A DNA stretch of 25,813 bases from a virus, in the IMG/VR virus record IMGVR_UViG_3300012974_000005, positions 1-25,813 of that record; one strand, 5' to 3'. Of this stretch, positions 1 to 10,954 are shown piece by piece. Numbering within the stretch: position 1 is the stretch's first letter; every line of letters starts with the position of its first letter. A model generated the notes under the pieces. It searched no databases. It saw only the letters and a program-made list of their open reading frames with translations, and was not told the origin of the DNA. The translations under genes were made by a program, and so were the position numbers.

Positions 1-48
1 AAAGCAGAGCGAGAAGAAGTGTTTAGATTATTGAATATTGAAGAATAA
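1..48 (+). CDS. 3' end of the tail assembly chaperone gene (same sequence as 25691..25738)
   Basis: Translates KAEREEVFRLLNIEE then TAA, identical to the C-terminus of ORF 25250..25738. Confidence 0.8.
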   Translation, partial: KAEREEVFRLLNIEE

Positions 49-123
49 GGGGGATTTTAAATGAATTATAATGAACTCTTAAATAAAATATCTTCACAGA
101 TGTTGTCTGCGGCAGGCAAAGCC
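1..123. repeat. Terminal direct repeat copy 1, identical to 25691..25813; overlap from circular assembly
   Basis: Bases 1-123 (aaagcagagcgagaagaagt...gcggcaggcaaagcc) recur exactly at 25691-25813. The repeat lies inside coding sequence (chaperone 3' end plus start of the 56-aa ORF). Confidence 0.95.
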
Positions 124-231
124 AGTGGCTCCCGCACTACCAATGGCGCAGGATTGACATCAAAAGAAGATAATACCTCTATTATGTTAAATAGAATTGG
201 ACTTGAAGTTCAAAGACAAGGAGGATATTGA
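61..231 (+). CDS. 56-aa protein in the position normally held by the tape measure gene (between chaperone and Dit)
   Basis: ATG 61 sits 7 nt after aaggggg. Translation is MNYNELLNKISSQMLSAAGKASGSRTTNGAGLTSKEDNTSIMLNRIGLEVQRQGGY. The TGA stop overlaps the next ATG (TGATG). Function is inferred from synteny only. Confidence 0.55.
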   Translation: MNYNELLNKISSQMLSAAGKASGSRTTNGAGLTSKEDNTSIMLNRIGLEVQRQGGY

Positions 232-3200
232 TGCTAATTAATGGAATTGAATTAAGTAATTTGGGTGTTTAGTTATTTGACCGTGTATTACGTAGTAATT
301 TAATTGATACCGCACAAGAGTGGTTAGATGGCGACATTCAGCCTACTTTTATTCGCCAGCAAGACCGTTTCAAGACTATTGAATTACAGTTTTTAGTTTT
401 AAGTGCTGATGAAGATGAAGCATTTAGACGCATTAGTAAATTAACTGCTATGCTAAAAAAGGCTACTGTAAAATTTGATGACTTGGACCTTATTTTTGAC
501 GTTAGCATTATTAATGTGGGCGAACCCACTCGTTTGAAGAATGGAAACTTCGTTGTGCCTTATACATTATCCAGTGGATATGCGAAAGGTCAGCGTGAGA
601 TTTATACCACAAACGCTAATATGACTAACTCATTTAAATTGACTGTTGCGTATTATAAAAACTCAACAAATTTATTATCAAGTGAAACTGTTATAATTCG
701 TGCTTCTGCTTTCGATAAAGAAAATCTGGGACTTGCGGATTTGGGAATTGATGTAAATAAATATCAACCTCAATACCATAATACCGGAGTAGCAACTAAT
801 CTAAATGGATTAGACCTAACCTATGAAAACTTACAGAGTTTGAAAGTATTGATTATCAATTATGCGCCTATTTCTTATAATCTTACCGTCAATTATTATT
901 TAGATAATGGCGAAGGCTTATATAATGAAATCCTTAACCGCACTGTCTCCTTTACCCAGACGAGTTTGGAAAATTACCAAACCATCGGCCAGTTAGTCGG
1001 TGTAAAAGATTATCGTCCGGATGGATATAAAGGTAGGGTTTCTTATGACGGCGCTCTTACTGTGGAAGAGTTATTGGCTCACGCACCCATTGGAGTGTTC
1101 TACGATAAGATTGAAACCGAGTTAAGTAAGAATATTTTTATTGCGTATAAAGCAGAAAATGATAATGGAGAATTTGACACTATTCAATCTGTTATCATTA
1201 ATATTAGCGAGACCCAATTCTATGATGGCTTGACTTTGAAAGACATTATTAGTATTGATGGTTATAATCCAAATCCCAGTTATTATAATGCTGGTTATAT
1301 TGATGGGTTCGCTTCTAACACTCTAATCTCTTATGAGACAATGGAGACTGCTTATAGTGTCATTTATACCAAGGCAGTAAATACTGTTTATGTAGAGTAT
1401 TACGCAGGCGTTTATCCTGGTTGGTATAGATTATCTACTGCTACATTACAGACAAAGCATTTAGACAGATATGATGAAAGTTTCAATATTCTAACTGATT
1501 TAGGGTTAGATTTGAATAAGTATCATACTGCTCCTTATTACGATGGTGCTTTATATAATCAAGACATTTATCAGACTTATGATGACGTGCTAAATGCCGG
1601 TGTTCTACAAGTCTATTACAATGCTATTGATTATCCTATCACCGTCAATTATTACACCGGAGACCTAACCGCAACTCCTATTACTGAAATAGTAAATATC
1701 AATGCGTTAATGTTCTTCGGCAATCCAATCTTGAGCGACATTATTCCTATTCTGGCACATCGTCCAGAAGGCTATCAATTTAGTGAGAACTTCTCTTATA
1801 ATGGCGAAGTCAGTCTGGAGGCACTGACCCAGGCTTCTCCTATTATGATTGTCTATGAAGAAATTGAAGTAATGCGTTCAAAGAACATCATCGTCCGCTA
1901 TAAGCAAGAGTTATCATCCGCGTATGCTACAATCACAACTAATTTAATTACTGTTAATGAAGCAGATGTGATTGGCGGAGTCCGCCTGAAGGATGTTATT
2001 AGTTTGGATGCTTATCGTCCTGAATATTACGATAGTGGTATTATTGATGGCGCAAGTTCCACTGCTCTAATGACTTTTGACTCTCTTGGCTCATCTTATG
2101 ATGTATTGTATGTCGCAAAGACTTACACAACGCCAGTTCGCTATTATATTGACGAGATTGATGATTTACACTGGATTGGTAGTGCTTCAATTGCTTATAA
2201 GGTAATTGACTTTGAAACTACAACTACTCTATTCGACTTTGGCTTGAATTTGAATGCCTATAAGCCTTCTTATGCGGGCGACGGCGTTCTACAATATACT
2301 GGCCCAGTCAATTTTGCTGCTCTATTGGAATTACAGTCTATTGATATTCTATATCTAACAGAGACTACTCCTCCAGATGATGAAGAAATTGATTATCCAC
2401 ATCGTTTCTTATTCTTACAGCATAATGATTTAGGTGCTTACGAATATCTACATCCTGAATGGACTATGAACCACGCATTTATCAATACTGGTGTATCTGC
2501 CGAAGATATGTCTCGTTTGACTGTGGTTATGGAGTGTGCTCGTGTTGATGAGAATGTGCCAATGTATCAAGTAAATGCGGGATACGCTTATTTATTTGGT
2601 AGCACTGGCGGTCAAGGCACTTTCCATATGAGATATAACAACCAGACAATGTATGGTGAAAACTTGACTGGTGTTGATACTTACGAGGCCAAGGCTGGTA
2701 ATTACAGCAATTCTTTAGTGCTGACCGCAGAAAGCGCCGTAGGATTTAGTGAGAATACTGGTATTTATAGTTCTCCTCAAGAGGGTTATAGTCGTGCTAC
2801 TTTCACTTACAGCAACCTTTTGGCTACTGATGGTGCCCCGATGACTTACCCATTATATTTGTTCGCAAATAATAATTATGGTAGTTATTCTAACGGTATC
2901 GCAGGCGTAGGTATTTATAGTTGTCGTATTTATTATAACGACCAATTAGTCCGTGATTTTATTCCCGTTCAGTTCTATGATAAGATTGGTGATTTAGTCG
3001 CACCAAGCAACTGCTTATATGATAAGATTACCAAGACTTTCTTCGAAGACGGCTCTGGTTAGAACAGTTTCAATATCAGAGACGATGAGCGTTATGAAGA
3101 TGACAACTTACAACATCAAATCGGTCATTGCTATGTAAATTACTACAAGGGCACTGATTTTATGAAGACCATCGCTATTTATTTCCGTGGAGATGAATTC

Positions 3201-6200
3201 GATGATGGCGAATTTGATTTATATGAGCGTTTCGCAGTTGATGAAAATCAACCTCAATATACTTTCTCTGGTGAAATTAAGCACGTTGAAAATATTGTTG
3301 TATCTTTCAATGGCTTAAATAATAAGACCTTTGATGTCTATTATGAGCCAATTGAAACTCAGATTGTCGCCAACTATTATAAGGTTGAAGACAATGGTAA
3401 TAAGACTTTATTAGCAAGTGAAACAATCGCACTGAAAGAGAAAGACTTCTATCAGGTTCCTACTTTTGGCGATTTAGTTCGTCTAAATAAATATAAGCCT
3501 GATGGATATGAAACTAATTTCAAATATACTGGTAGCAAGGTATCTTTGGCTCGTGTTGTTGAGGGTTCTCCATACAACATTGAATATACAAAGATGACCG
3601 AAGATAAAATTCCATATTCTACTACTATTAGATATATTAAAAAAGTCTATGGTGTCCGTGAATATGAAACTATCGGCACTAAAGTATTGACATTAGACCA
3701 GAGCGATTTCCGCGATGGTGAATATATTGATTGGTATATTGATAAGAATCTGATGAAACCTGACAGATTCTATAAAGATGGCACAACTTATCAATGGTAT
3801 GAGATGGATGAGCGTCTAAACAAGCCAGAAGACTTGAAAGAGTCTTACACTATTATGTATGCTCCTGAACGTCAGTATTTAGACGTTAATTATTATACTG
3901 ATGAAGTAGATGAAGAAAACTACATCGCAGGTATGACTTGGAGTCTGGCAATTGATGAGTTAGACCCTCGCTTAACTTATAGTATCGTTGATATCTTCCC
4001 CAATGAATATATCAATAAGTTCAAACCCGTTATTTGTGCGGGCGGTGAATTACAAAACGCAACTACTCAATATACATTTGAAAGCCTGGTTGATTTCGGC
4101 CACGTTGATATTGTATATGAAACTATTGAAGAGCCTAATGACCCAACTGAAGCATATTACGAAAGAAAAGTTTTAGGTTTCGGTCATTTCAGCCAAAGTA
4201 TTCCTGCCGGTGAAGGCGGCTTAGATAGTGATGGAATTATGAACGGAGGAACCATCCCTTATATTGACCTTGGCTACACTCCAAAAGAGTTGAAGCGTTT
4301 AAAGGTTGAAATCAAGGCAGTCGGTCAGAGCGCTGGCTTCCTCGCAAAGAATGGTATTGTAAATGGTGGTTTCCAGGATACTTCTTATTCCAACTTCTTT
4401 GGTTATGTAGTCCCTCGTGATTATCGTCTATTGGGAACTATGCTCCAAGATTTGCCAGACGCCGATGAAATCGTATTAGATGATTTTTATTCTGTAAAGA
4501 TTAGCGACCAGCAAAAGGGACACTTCGCTGTGCGTCCTCGTGTGGCTATCGCTTCTGGATTTGTATATTCTGCTGAAGGCCCACAGTCTCTTGACGGACA
4601 ATTATGGTATTCTGCTTCGGCTGCGGCTGGTGTAATTCCAGGCCAACCCCGAGAATTATATACTGGATATAATTATAAATTCCGTAATGGTTATGCGACC
4701 ATTTTGGATGAAAACTATGAAGAAATTGACTGCTTCCGTGAATATGGCGGTTCTTATGAAACTCGCTATAAAAAAGATGGTTCTACATCTTTGGTAAATT
4801 GGGTCGTGAATAATGAGCGTGTCTCTGGTATTGGTGAAAATTATCTGCCTTTGGCTAATCCAACTACTATTATTATGGATGCTTATAATCATTACCTATT
4901 AACCTATACCGAGGAAGACAGCAATAACGCAATGGCTACTTACTTTGAAGATGTTGATAATGATATCTTTGAAGCACGATTACAGCCACGAGGCTCTCTA
5001 ACTTTATTCCGCACTCGTAATCCATTAGACGGCAATATTAATATTATGCCTATCAATCATATTACCTGTGCTTCTACAAGTGATACAGGCAAACTGTCTT
5101 TAGATGGAAAAACTAATCCATATTTAGGCTCCGCAGGTTCTGTCGAAGTAGAAGTATTGGTTCAGGTTGGTATTGATGCCAATGGCGCACCTATCTTCCA
5201 GACTCAAAAGAAGCAATTGAATATTAAATATGTTGATTTTGAAGTCCCCGTATTTACTTCTCTTGAGGCTTGTGCTATTTGGGGAGTAAAGATTTGGGAT
5301 AGAGGTCGCCTGGTTCGTGATTTGATTCCTGTCGCAGAAGGCGATAAGGTTTATGATTATACTATGCCTGCGAATGGTTTGTTTGACCTGATTACTGAAA
5401 TCTTCTTTGGTAATTCTAATGAGGGTGGCGAGTATAAGCAAGAAGGCTACTTTACCGTGAAAGAAGGACATCTACAGCAAGATGTTAAGACTGTAAAAAT
5501 CTTACCAGAAGAGGTAAAGCCTTTGTGGGTTATTTTAGACCCAGGTTATTATGGTAAAATGACGATGAATTATTATGATTACGATTATAGTTTTATCAAT
5601 AGTCAGTTTATCAATGTCCCAACCTGGTATAGTAAGAGCAATACCACTAAGGCAGAAATCTTAGGTTATAATGACTATAAACCTGATGACTTCCATTTAG
5701 ATGGACTTTTGGATTTAGGCGATGGCGCTGACAGTCCAATTGATGATTTGACTTTATATGAAATCTGGCAGATGAACTCTGCTAATGTTTTTTATAAATT
5801 GAGAACATTTACAAAGACTGTTGTTTATTATCAAGGCAACTATCGTGTAGGTTCAAAAGATATTTTCTACTCTTTGGCAGATATTGAAAATGCTCTAACA
5901 ATGGATGATTTAGGCATTGATGTTGATTTGTATTGGACCGAAGACTTCGCTCACGGACGCATTGTGTTTGATGAGAGTATCATTGCTTCTTCTAATATTC
6001 AGAACTTCATTGACGCACCCTCTCCAATTGTTGTATATGACAAGTTGAGCCAAGAGGAAGCACCTAACCTGTTCTATGTTGAATATTACAGAGGCGGTGC
6101 GAGCGACGACACTCTAATTACATTAGACCCTGATAATCCTAATTATTTAGACTGTGAATTAGATGGCGTTGTATTGAATCCTAATGGTGCGATTAAATAT

Positions 6201-9026
6201 TATAATCACTATCACTCTGCCCTATATGAGGATGAAAAGTTTGATTACTTCATTCCTTACCAGGTAAAAGTGTTAGACCGCTACACTGGTATTCATCGTG
6301 GTCCCGCACGTAGATTCCCAACTCTCGCATTGATTGTTGATAAAGATATTTACACAATCATTGAAGAGCGTAATGGTTGGGGTCGTTTGAAAGAATACCC
6401 TGTCGGTTGGATTATGTTATCTGCGACCGAGCCTATGACTGGCCCAGGACAGAATCCTGATTATGACGCGCCCGGCACAGAGGATACTGCTACACTACCT
6501 TTTGGAAGTGAAGTTCATATCAGTAAATTAACTATTGATAGATTGTGGTGTTATGTGCCAGAAGTAGAAAGTTGGATTAAGGCAGAAGATGTTTCTTATA
6601 ATCAGTCAGGTAAGTTATATAACGCACTTGATATTGATGTAATTCATCTTGATGAATTAGACTTCTCTACTATTACTTCTCTTGATGGAGTAGGTATCTA
6701 CCCACAAAAGAGATTATTATATTTCCACGACCGCGAAGACTATGTATATGACGGCGAATATACTTATGATGCGTTCTCCGCACTTCACGAATTAGAATTC
6801 GTATATCCTGAAACCATTTATAGTTATAATTGTATTTATTACAAAGATAACCTGGGCGAATGGTGGGAAGGCGAAGTAATTACCGAAGGCTCTGCCAATG
6901 GTATTGGAAGTAGTAGCAGTGATTGTGGTCGTATTTATGAACGCCCATCCACAAATAGCACTCGTCTTGAATACTTTATGAAAAATCATACGGGTTCGCT
7001 GATTAGTGCGAAGTTTAATAGTGGTGGATATGAATGGTATAAAATCCGTTATGTATATTCTTCTACTAAGACTTATGAAGGCTATATTAGAGCAGACCAA
7101 TTAACTAATATTGTTGAGCCTGAAACCAATGGCGTATATCACAATAATGAGTTAGGTCGTGCGTCCTTCACTTGTTCTCTTGGAGATTGGAACCCTGACT
7201 GGGATGTTTTCATTGCGTCCTCTTGGCGGGTTGATGAAAATGGTAGGGAAATTAACCCTGACCTATATCGTGATACTGAATTGACTTTGACTTGGGATTA
7301 TTTCGGATTTGAACGTAATTTATTTAAACCCGAGGGTTATTATGATGGTATCTACCTATGGAACCCACGCACTTGGGGCCGTGGAGATGTCAATTTCACA
7401 TTCCGTGAATTAATCCGCGTCGGCACTCAATATGTATTATATCCAACCATCCCAATTGATATGTATAAGATTTTCAATAAGACAAATACAATTACTTTAT
7501 CAAGTGGTATTGACCGCTTCCAGTTAAATAATATCGCTTATCCAGAAGACACTACTCCAAGTGATTTTTACGATATAAATATTGTATTTGACCCTTATAA
7601 AGCAAGTAATTATAATATTGGTGGAGAAATGGTTTATACTCCAGACGCCGGCTATTCCCCCGTCATTATGAGAAATGGATTACAATATTATCCTTCAAGA
7701 GGCGTCGGCGGTAGTGTTGGCGGTGTCATTACTCACTGGTCTATGACTTATACCAGCGGTAATCATCATACTACTTACAGTTGGAAAGATGTATTAACTA
7801 CTTCTAAATATTTGAAGAGTTTAGTATATCAAGAGCCAGGTGATTATTTCACTTTCAATCTATCCAACAAGCGTAAAGGCAATTCTTATGTGTTTGGTAA
7901 GGGTAATTATTTATCTGGTTTAGCCGATGAGTTTTACCTGGCTGATGGCACGAAAGTAATTGATAGCACTAATTTAGAAGGTAATTACGCATTTACTGCG
8001 TTTGACGACCATTACACTGAAACCAAAGGTGGTAAAGGTTGGAGTGGTGGAGCAGAATATCAACACACAACGGTTGTAAGCAGTAATTTTGCTCCTATTT
8101 CAGTTTATTCCAATGCCCTGGGCTCCGCGATGAGTATCGCTACCTATGAGAACTTCTTATTACAGAGATACTGGGTGCCTGTCCCAAAGGGCTTCTGGTA
8201 TAAATGGAATGGAGAGGATTTACGTATCCCTGAAAATGGATGGTTTGACTTGATGACAGGCCACTTTACTAAGTCTCCAGACAGTAAGATTTATTTGTAT
8301 AAACAAACTAACGGAGAAGACATTGGATATGATTATTTTGATAATTGGTTCTATAATACCAGTGAAATTGATTATATCGTTCAAGTGCCCGCAGAAACTG
8401 CGACTTATGAAGAGCCTGATGCTTACGCATTAGGTATCCGTTCCCTTGCTCCTGGATTAGTATTCCCTGTTTCTAAATTGACTGCTGATATTGATAACCG
8501 AGTAATTGGTGAATGGTATTTCAGTTGCGACCAGTGGCTACAATCTTCCAAGGCTTCTATTCACGCCGGCACATTTGATAGAACTAAATTAACTAAATTA
8601 CAACAGTCTTTCTGCTTGGTAAAGCCTGCGGATAAGAATGAAAAGTATTATGTTTATTTAGACCCATCTGCGGTTGCCACAGTTGGTGAAGCCAGTCAGG
8701 CTGTATATGGTTCTGCCTATGAAGATATCGCATTCTATAATTACGTTGATACGAATGGTAATAAGTTCTATTTTGATGGCGCCTATTGGGTCCCTGAAAA
8801 ATACACTTCTTTCAATACTACTGAATGGAATAAGAACTATGCTGTCATCCCTGATAATTTACCATTCTATTCTTTACCTATTGAAGATAATGCTTATGTA
8901 GCAGGTAATTACCATTACGGCGAACGTATTACTGTTCCTTATGTAGCAACTCAAGACTCTGGATGGGGCTATACCGGCATTGGCTGGATTAGAATTAATA
9001 CAGGAACTGTAAGTGAGATTTTGTAA
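231..9026 (+). CDS. Giant (2,931 aa) distal-tail-protein (Dit)-like adhesin, read through TAG 270-272 and TAG 3060-3062
   Basis: ATG 231 (RBS aaggagga 218-225), ORF 450..3062 and ORF 3162..9026 share one frame. The only interruptions are two TAGs. The repeat module ...GHCYVNYYKGTDF starts upstream of the ATG at 3162, so a 3162 start would truncate a domain. The N-terminus MLINGIELSNLGV(TAG)LFDRV...KATVKFDDLDLIFDV fits the Dit/Sipho_tail N-domain pattern. It is followed by at least 14 modules of about 82 aa (xVxYY...KYKPDGY), three jelly-roll-like modules ending LVRDxIPV...LxDxIT..FF, and SH3b-like segments. It ends TAA TAA. Confidence 0.8.
630..2365 (+). repeat. Seven tandem ~82-aa domain repeats with a 3-module super-period (A-B-C-A-B-C-A) inside the giant protein
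   Basis: B modules: ISYNLTVNYYLDNGEG...DYRPDGYKGRVSYDG versus DYPITVNYYTGDL...AHRPEGYQFSENFSYNG. C modules: KNIFIAYKAENDNG...LKDIISIDGYNPNPSYYNAGYIDG versus KNIIVRYKQELSS...LKDVISLDAYRPEYYDSGIIDG. A modules: LGIDVNKYQPQYHNTG, LGLDLNKYHTAPYYDG, FGLNLNAYKPSYAGDG. Confidence 0.8.
3100..4135 (+). repeat. Second array of four related ~85-aa modules inside the giant protein
   Basis: The motifs recur: CYVNYYKGTDF; IVANYYKVEDNGNK...KYKPDGYETNFKYTG; TTIRYIKKVYG...MKPDRFYKDG; YLDVNYYTDEVDEE...KFKPVICAGG. Boundaries are approximate. Confidence 0.65.
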
Positions 9027-9044
9027 TAAAGGAGAATAAGACCT

Positions 9045-9401
9045 ATGGATAATACTCAATATTACCCAATCGTGTTTGATGGTGAGGGCAAAAGTTTCGT
9101 TGTTATCAACAACGGAACTGCCCCTGCTCCTTGTATCCTAACAATTATCCCAAAGGTTGATTTCTTAAAACTGGTGGTGGAGGGTCTCACCGAGACCCCC
9201 ATCACTTTCACTGGACTAAAAGCAAATCAGGCCTTGGTAATTGATGGAGAGAACCGAGAAGTATCTGTTGATGGAGTGAGTGCTTTCGCATCTTATGATG
9301 CCTGGGAGTTTCCTCGCTTACTACCTGGAACAAATCAAATTATGATTGAAAATGGCACTTCTGCTTCAATTTCAATTGAATACAGTGCTAATTATATCTA
9401 A
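9045..9401 (+). CDS. Dit C-terminal (galectin-like) domain encoded as a separate 118-aa protein
   Basis: RBS aaaggag. FVVINNGTAPAPCILTIIP...ALVIDGENREVSVDG...FPRLLPGTNQIMIENG...ISIEYSANYI matches the C-terminal pattern of siphophage tail (Dit) family proteins (f.v.N.Gt.p.P.i.i...l.iD....v...g.n...f..L.pG.N.i). Assigned from memory of the family. Confidence 0.6.
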   Translation: MDNTQYYPIVFDGEGKSFVVINNGTAPAPCILTIIPKVDFLKLVVEGLTETPITFTGLKANQALVIDGENREVSVDGVSAFASYDAWEFPRLLPGTNQIMIENGTSASISIEYSANYI

Positions 9402-9415
9402 CTGGAGGCTAAACA

Positions 9416-10444
9416 ATGATTAAGATTTATGATAGTAATCATAACTTTTTAAAATTGTTGCCTTCTTGTAGAAATATTTATACAACGGAAATGTTAAGCA
9501 CGGGGTTAAAAACCCTGTGCTTCCAAGTTCCTTGTAAAGATGAGTTCTTTGAAATTATCCAAGAGGAGAATTATGTGGAAACCGCAGACTACTCTTACGT
9601 TATAAAAGAACTCATTTTAGAAGACAACGATTTTATGGAAGTTCGTTGCTCTGCGAATATAGAACAATTAACCGGGCGTGTCTTCCAAGTGTTTGACTGC
9701 TTACAGATGAATTTAGAGCAAGCCTACGAGTATTGTTTATCCAAGAGTGATTGGAAATTGGACTATCAAAGCGAAGACCGCAGTATAGCAACTTATCAAT
9801 TACCTTACACTACTGGATATGAAATGATAAAGTAGATTGCTACAGATTACGGGCAGGAATTGTGGTTTGATACCAAGCATAAAGTTTTGCGCGTATATGA
9901 TTCAATGGGTGCCGAGTTTGGTGCTTATTTCTCTAATGAGTTGAATTTGAAGCGCTTAACAAAATAGTCTTCTACTTATGATTATGCTACCGTTATTTTA
10001 CCTCTTGGTAAAAATGGTCTGACTATTACCAATGTTAATGGTGGCAAAGATTATTTAGAAGATTATACTTATACAAATAAGACAATTGAAAAGTATTTTA
10101 TTGATGAAGATATTGATGTTGCTGAAATCTTGAAAATGAAAGCAGAGGAATATTTAGCCAATGCTTGCGTGCCGAGAGCCAGTTATAAACTTCAATTAGC
10201 AAGCCTGGGTGATGGTGTAGGCCTGGGTGATGTTATTTATCTTGTTGATAAAATCAAACGAATTAAGTAGAAGCAAAGAGTCGTAAAGATTGTGCGCTAT
10301 CTACGAGAACCTGAACGCAGTAGCGTAGAAATCTCTAATTTACAGATTGACTTCGCTCGCACATTTATTGAGGGTTAGAAAGAAGTAAAAAAAGAAATTG
10401 CTTATTTGAGAAAGTTATATAAAGAATTGGCTGACGCAGAATAA
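9416..10444 (+). CDS. Tail-associated lysin/tip protein (Tal) N-terminal-type protein, 342 aa, four in-frame TAGs
   Basis: RBS ggagg. MIKIYDSNHNFLKLLP...LKTLCFQVP...YSYVIKE fits the phage minor structural protein N-terminal / Prophage_tail pattern. The frame continues through TAG 9833, 9965, 10268 and 10376 (...ELWFDTKHKVLRVYD..., ...ATVILPLGKNGLTI...) to TAA 10442-10444. Confidence 0.75.
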
Positions 10445-10470
10445 CCGTTCGTCAGGACAAAATTGTTCCA

Positions 10471-10498
10471 TTGATTTCACTTATTTTTTATGTATAGT
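10471..10498 (+). promoter_or_regulatory. Candidate sigma-A promoter (TTGATT, 16-nt spacer, TATAGT)
   Basis: -35 TTGATT at 10471-10476 and -10 TATAGT at 10493-10498, in the AT-rich gap after the tail genes. Confidence 0.4.
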
Positions 10499-10539
10499 GA
10501 GGGCAAAATTTCTTTATTATGTGTATTATGGATTATCAT

Positions 10540-10568
10540 TTGATTTTTTTTAAAAAAAATGATATAAT
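10540..10568 (+). promoter_or_regulatory. Near-consensus early promoter with extended -10 (TTGATT, 17 nt, TGaTATAAT)
   Basis: -35 TTGATT at 10540-10545, a 17-nt spacer containing a T8A8 palindrome, TG at 10560-10561, and TATAAT at 10563-10568. It lies about 40 nt upstream of the RBS of the first early gene. Confidence 0.7.
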
Positions 10569-10608
10569 ATATACATAAAGAATAAGAAAAGAAAAAGGAG
10601 CAAAAATT

Positions 10609-10953
10609 ATGACTAATTTCGTTGAAATGAATTACTCTTATAGTTTGGTTAAGGAAGGCACAAGTGAAAAGGTTATGTTCGTATTTGAACGTCTGATGGA
10701 GGTTGTAGAAGTGCCTCACGGTATTGAGGTTGATAATCTCTATTACTCTACTAATTTTACTGAAATGCTGGGTGGCACAATCCCCGCGCCTATCCTAACA
10801 GCACTCGTTAATCGTGGTATGCTTCATTGTGATGGTAAGGTGAATGGCAAGAATACCTATATGATTACCAAAGAAATCTATGATTATTATAAGAATACTT
10901 ATAAGCCTGGTTTAGATAAGCACGAGGAGCGTATGAACGCAAAGGAGAACTAA
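10609..10953 (+). CDS. Early hypothetical protein (114 aa)
   Basis: RBS aaaaaggag, intact ORF with no TAG. The segment ILTALVNRGMLHCDGK resembles FTALVSDGRLERDK in the next gene, suggesting a weak paralogue or a winged-helix-like domain. Confidence 0.6.
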   Translation: MTNFVEMNYSYSLVKEGTSEKVMFVFERLMEVVEVPHGIEVDNLYYSTNFTEMLGGTIPAPILTALVNRGMLHCDGKVNGKNTYMITKEIYDYYKNTYKPGLDKHEERMNAKEN

Positions 10954-10954
10954 T

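Noticed and set aside
1-123. The 123-nt terminal repeat as a physical phage DTR, or as a duplicated gene fragment
   Set aside because: It lies within coding sequence far from the packaging genes and duplicates exactly the contig ends. This is typical of an assembler overlap on a circular molecule. It is kept as a finding only for genome completeness.
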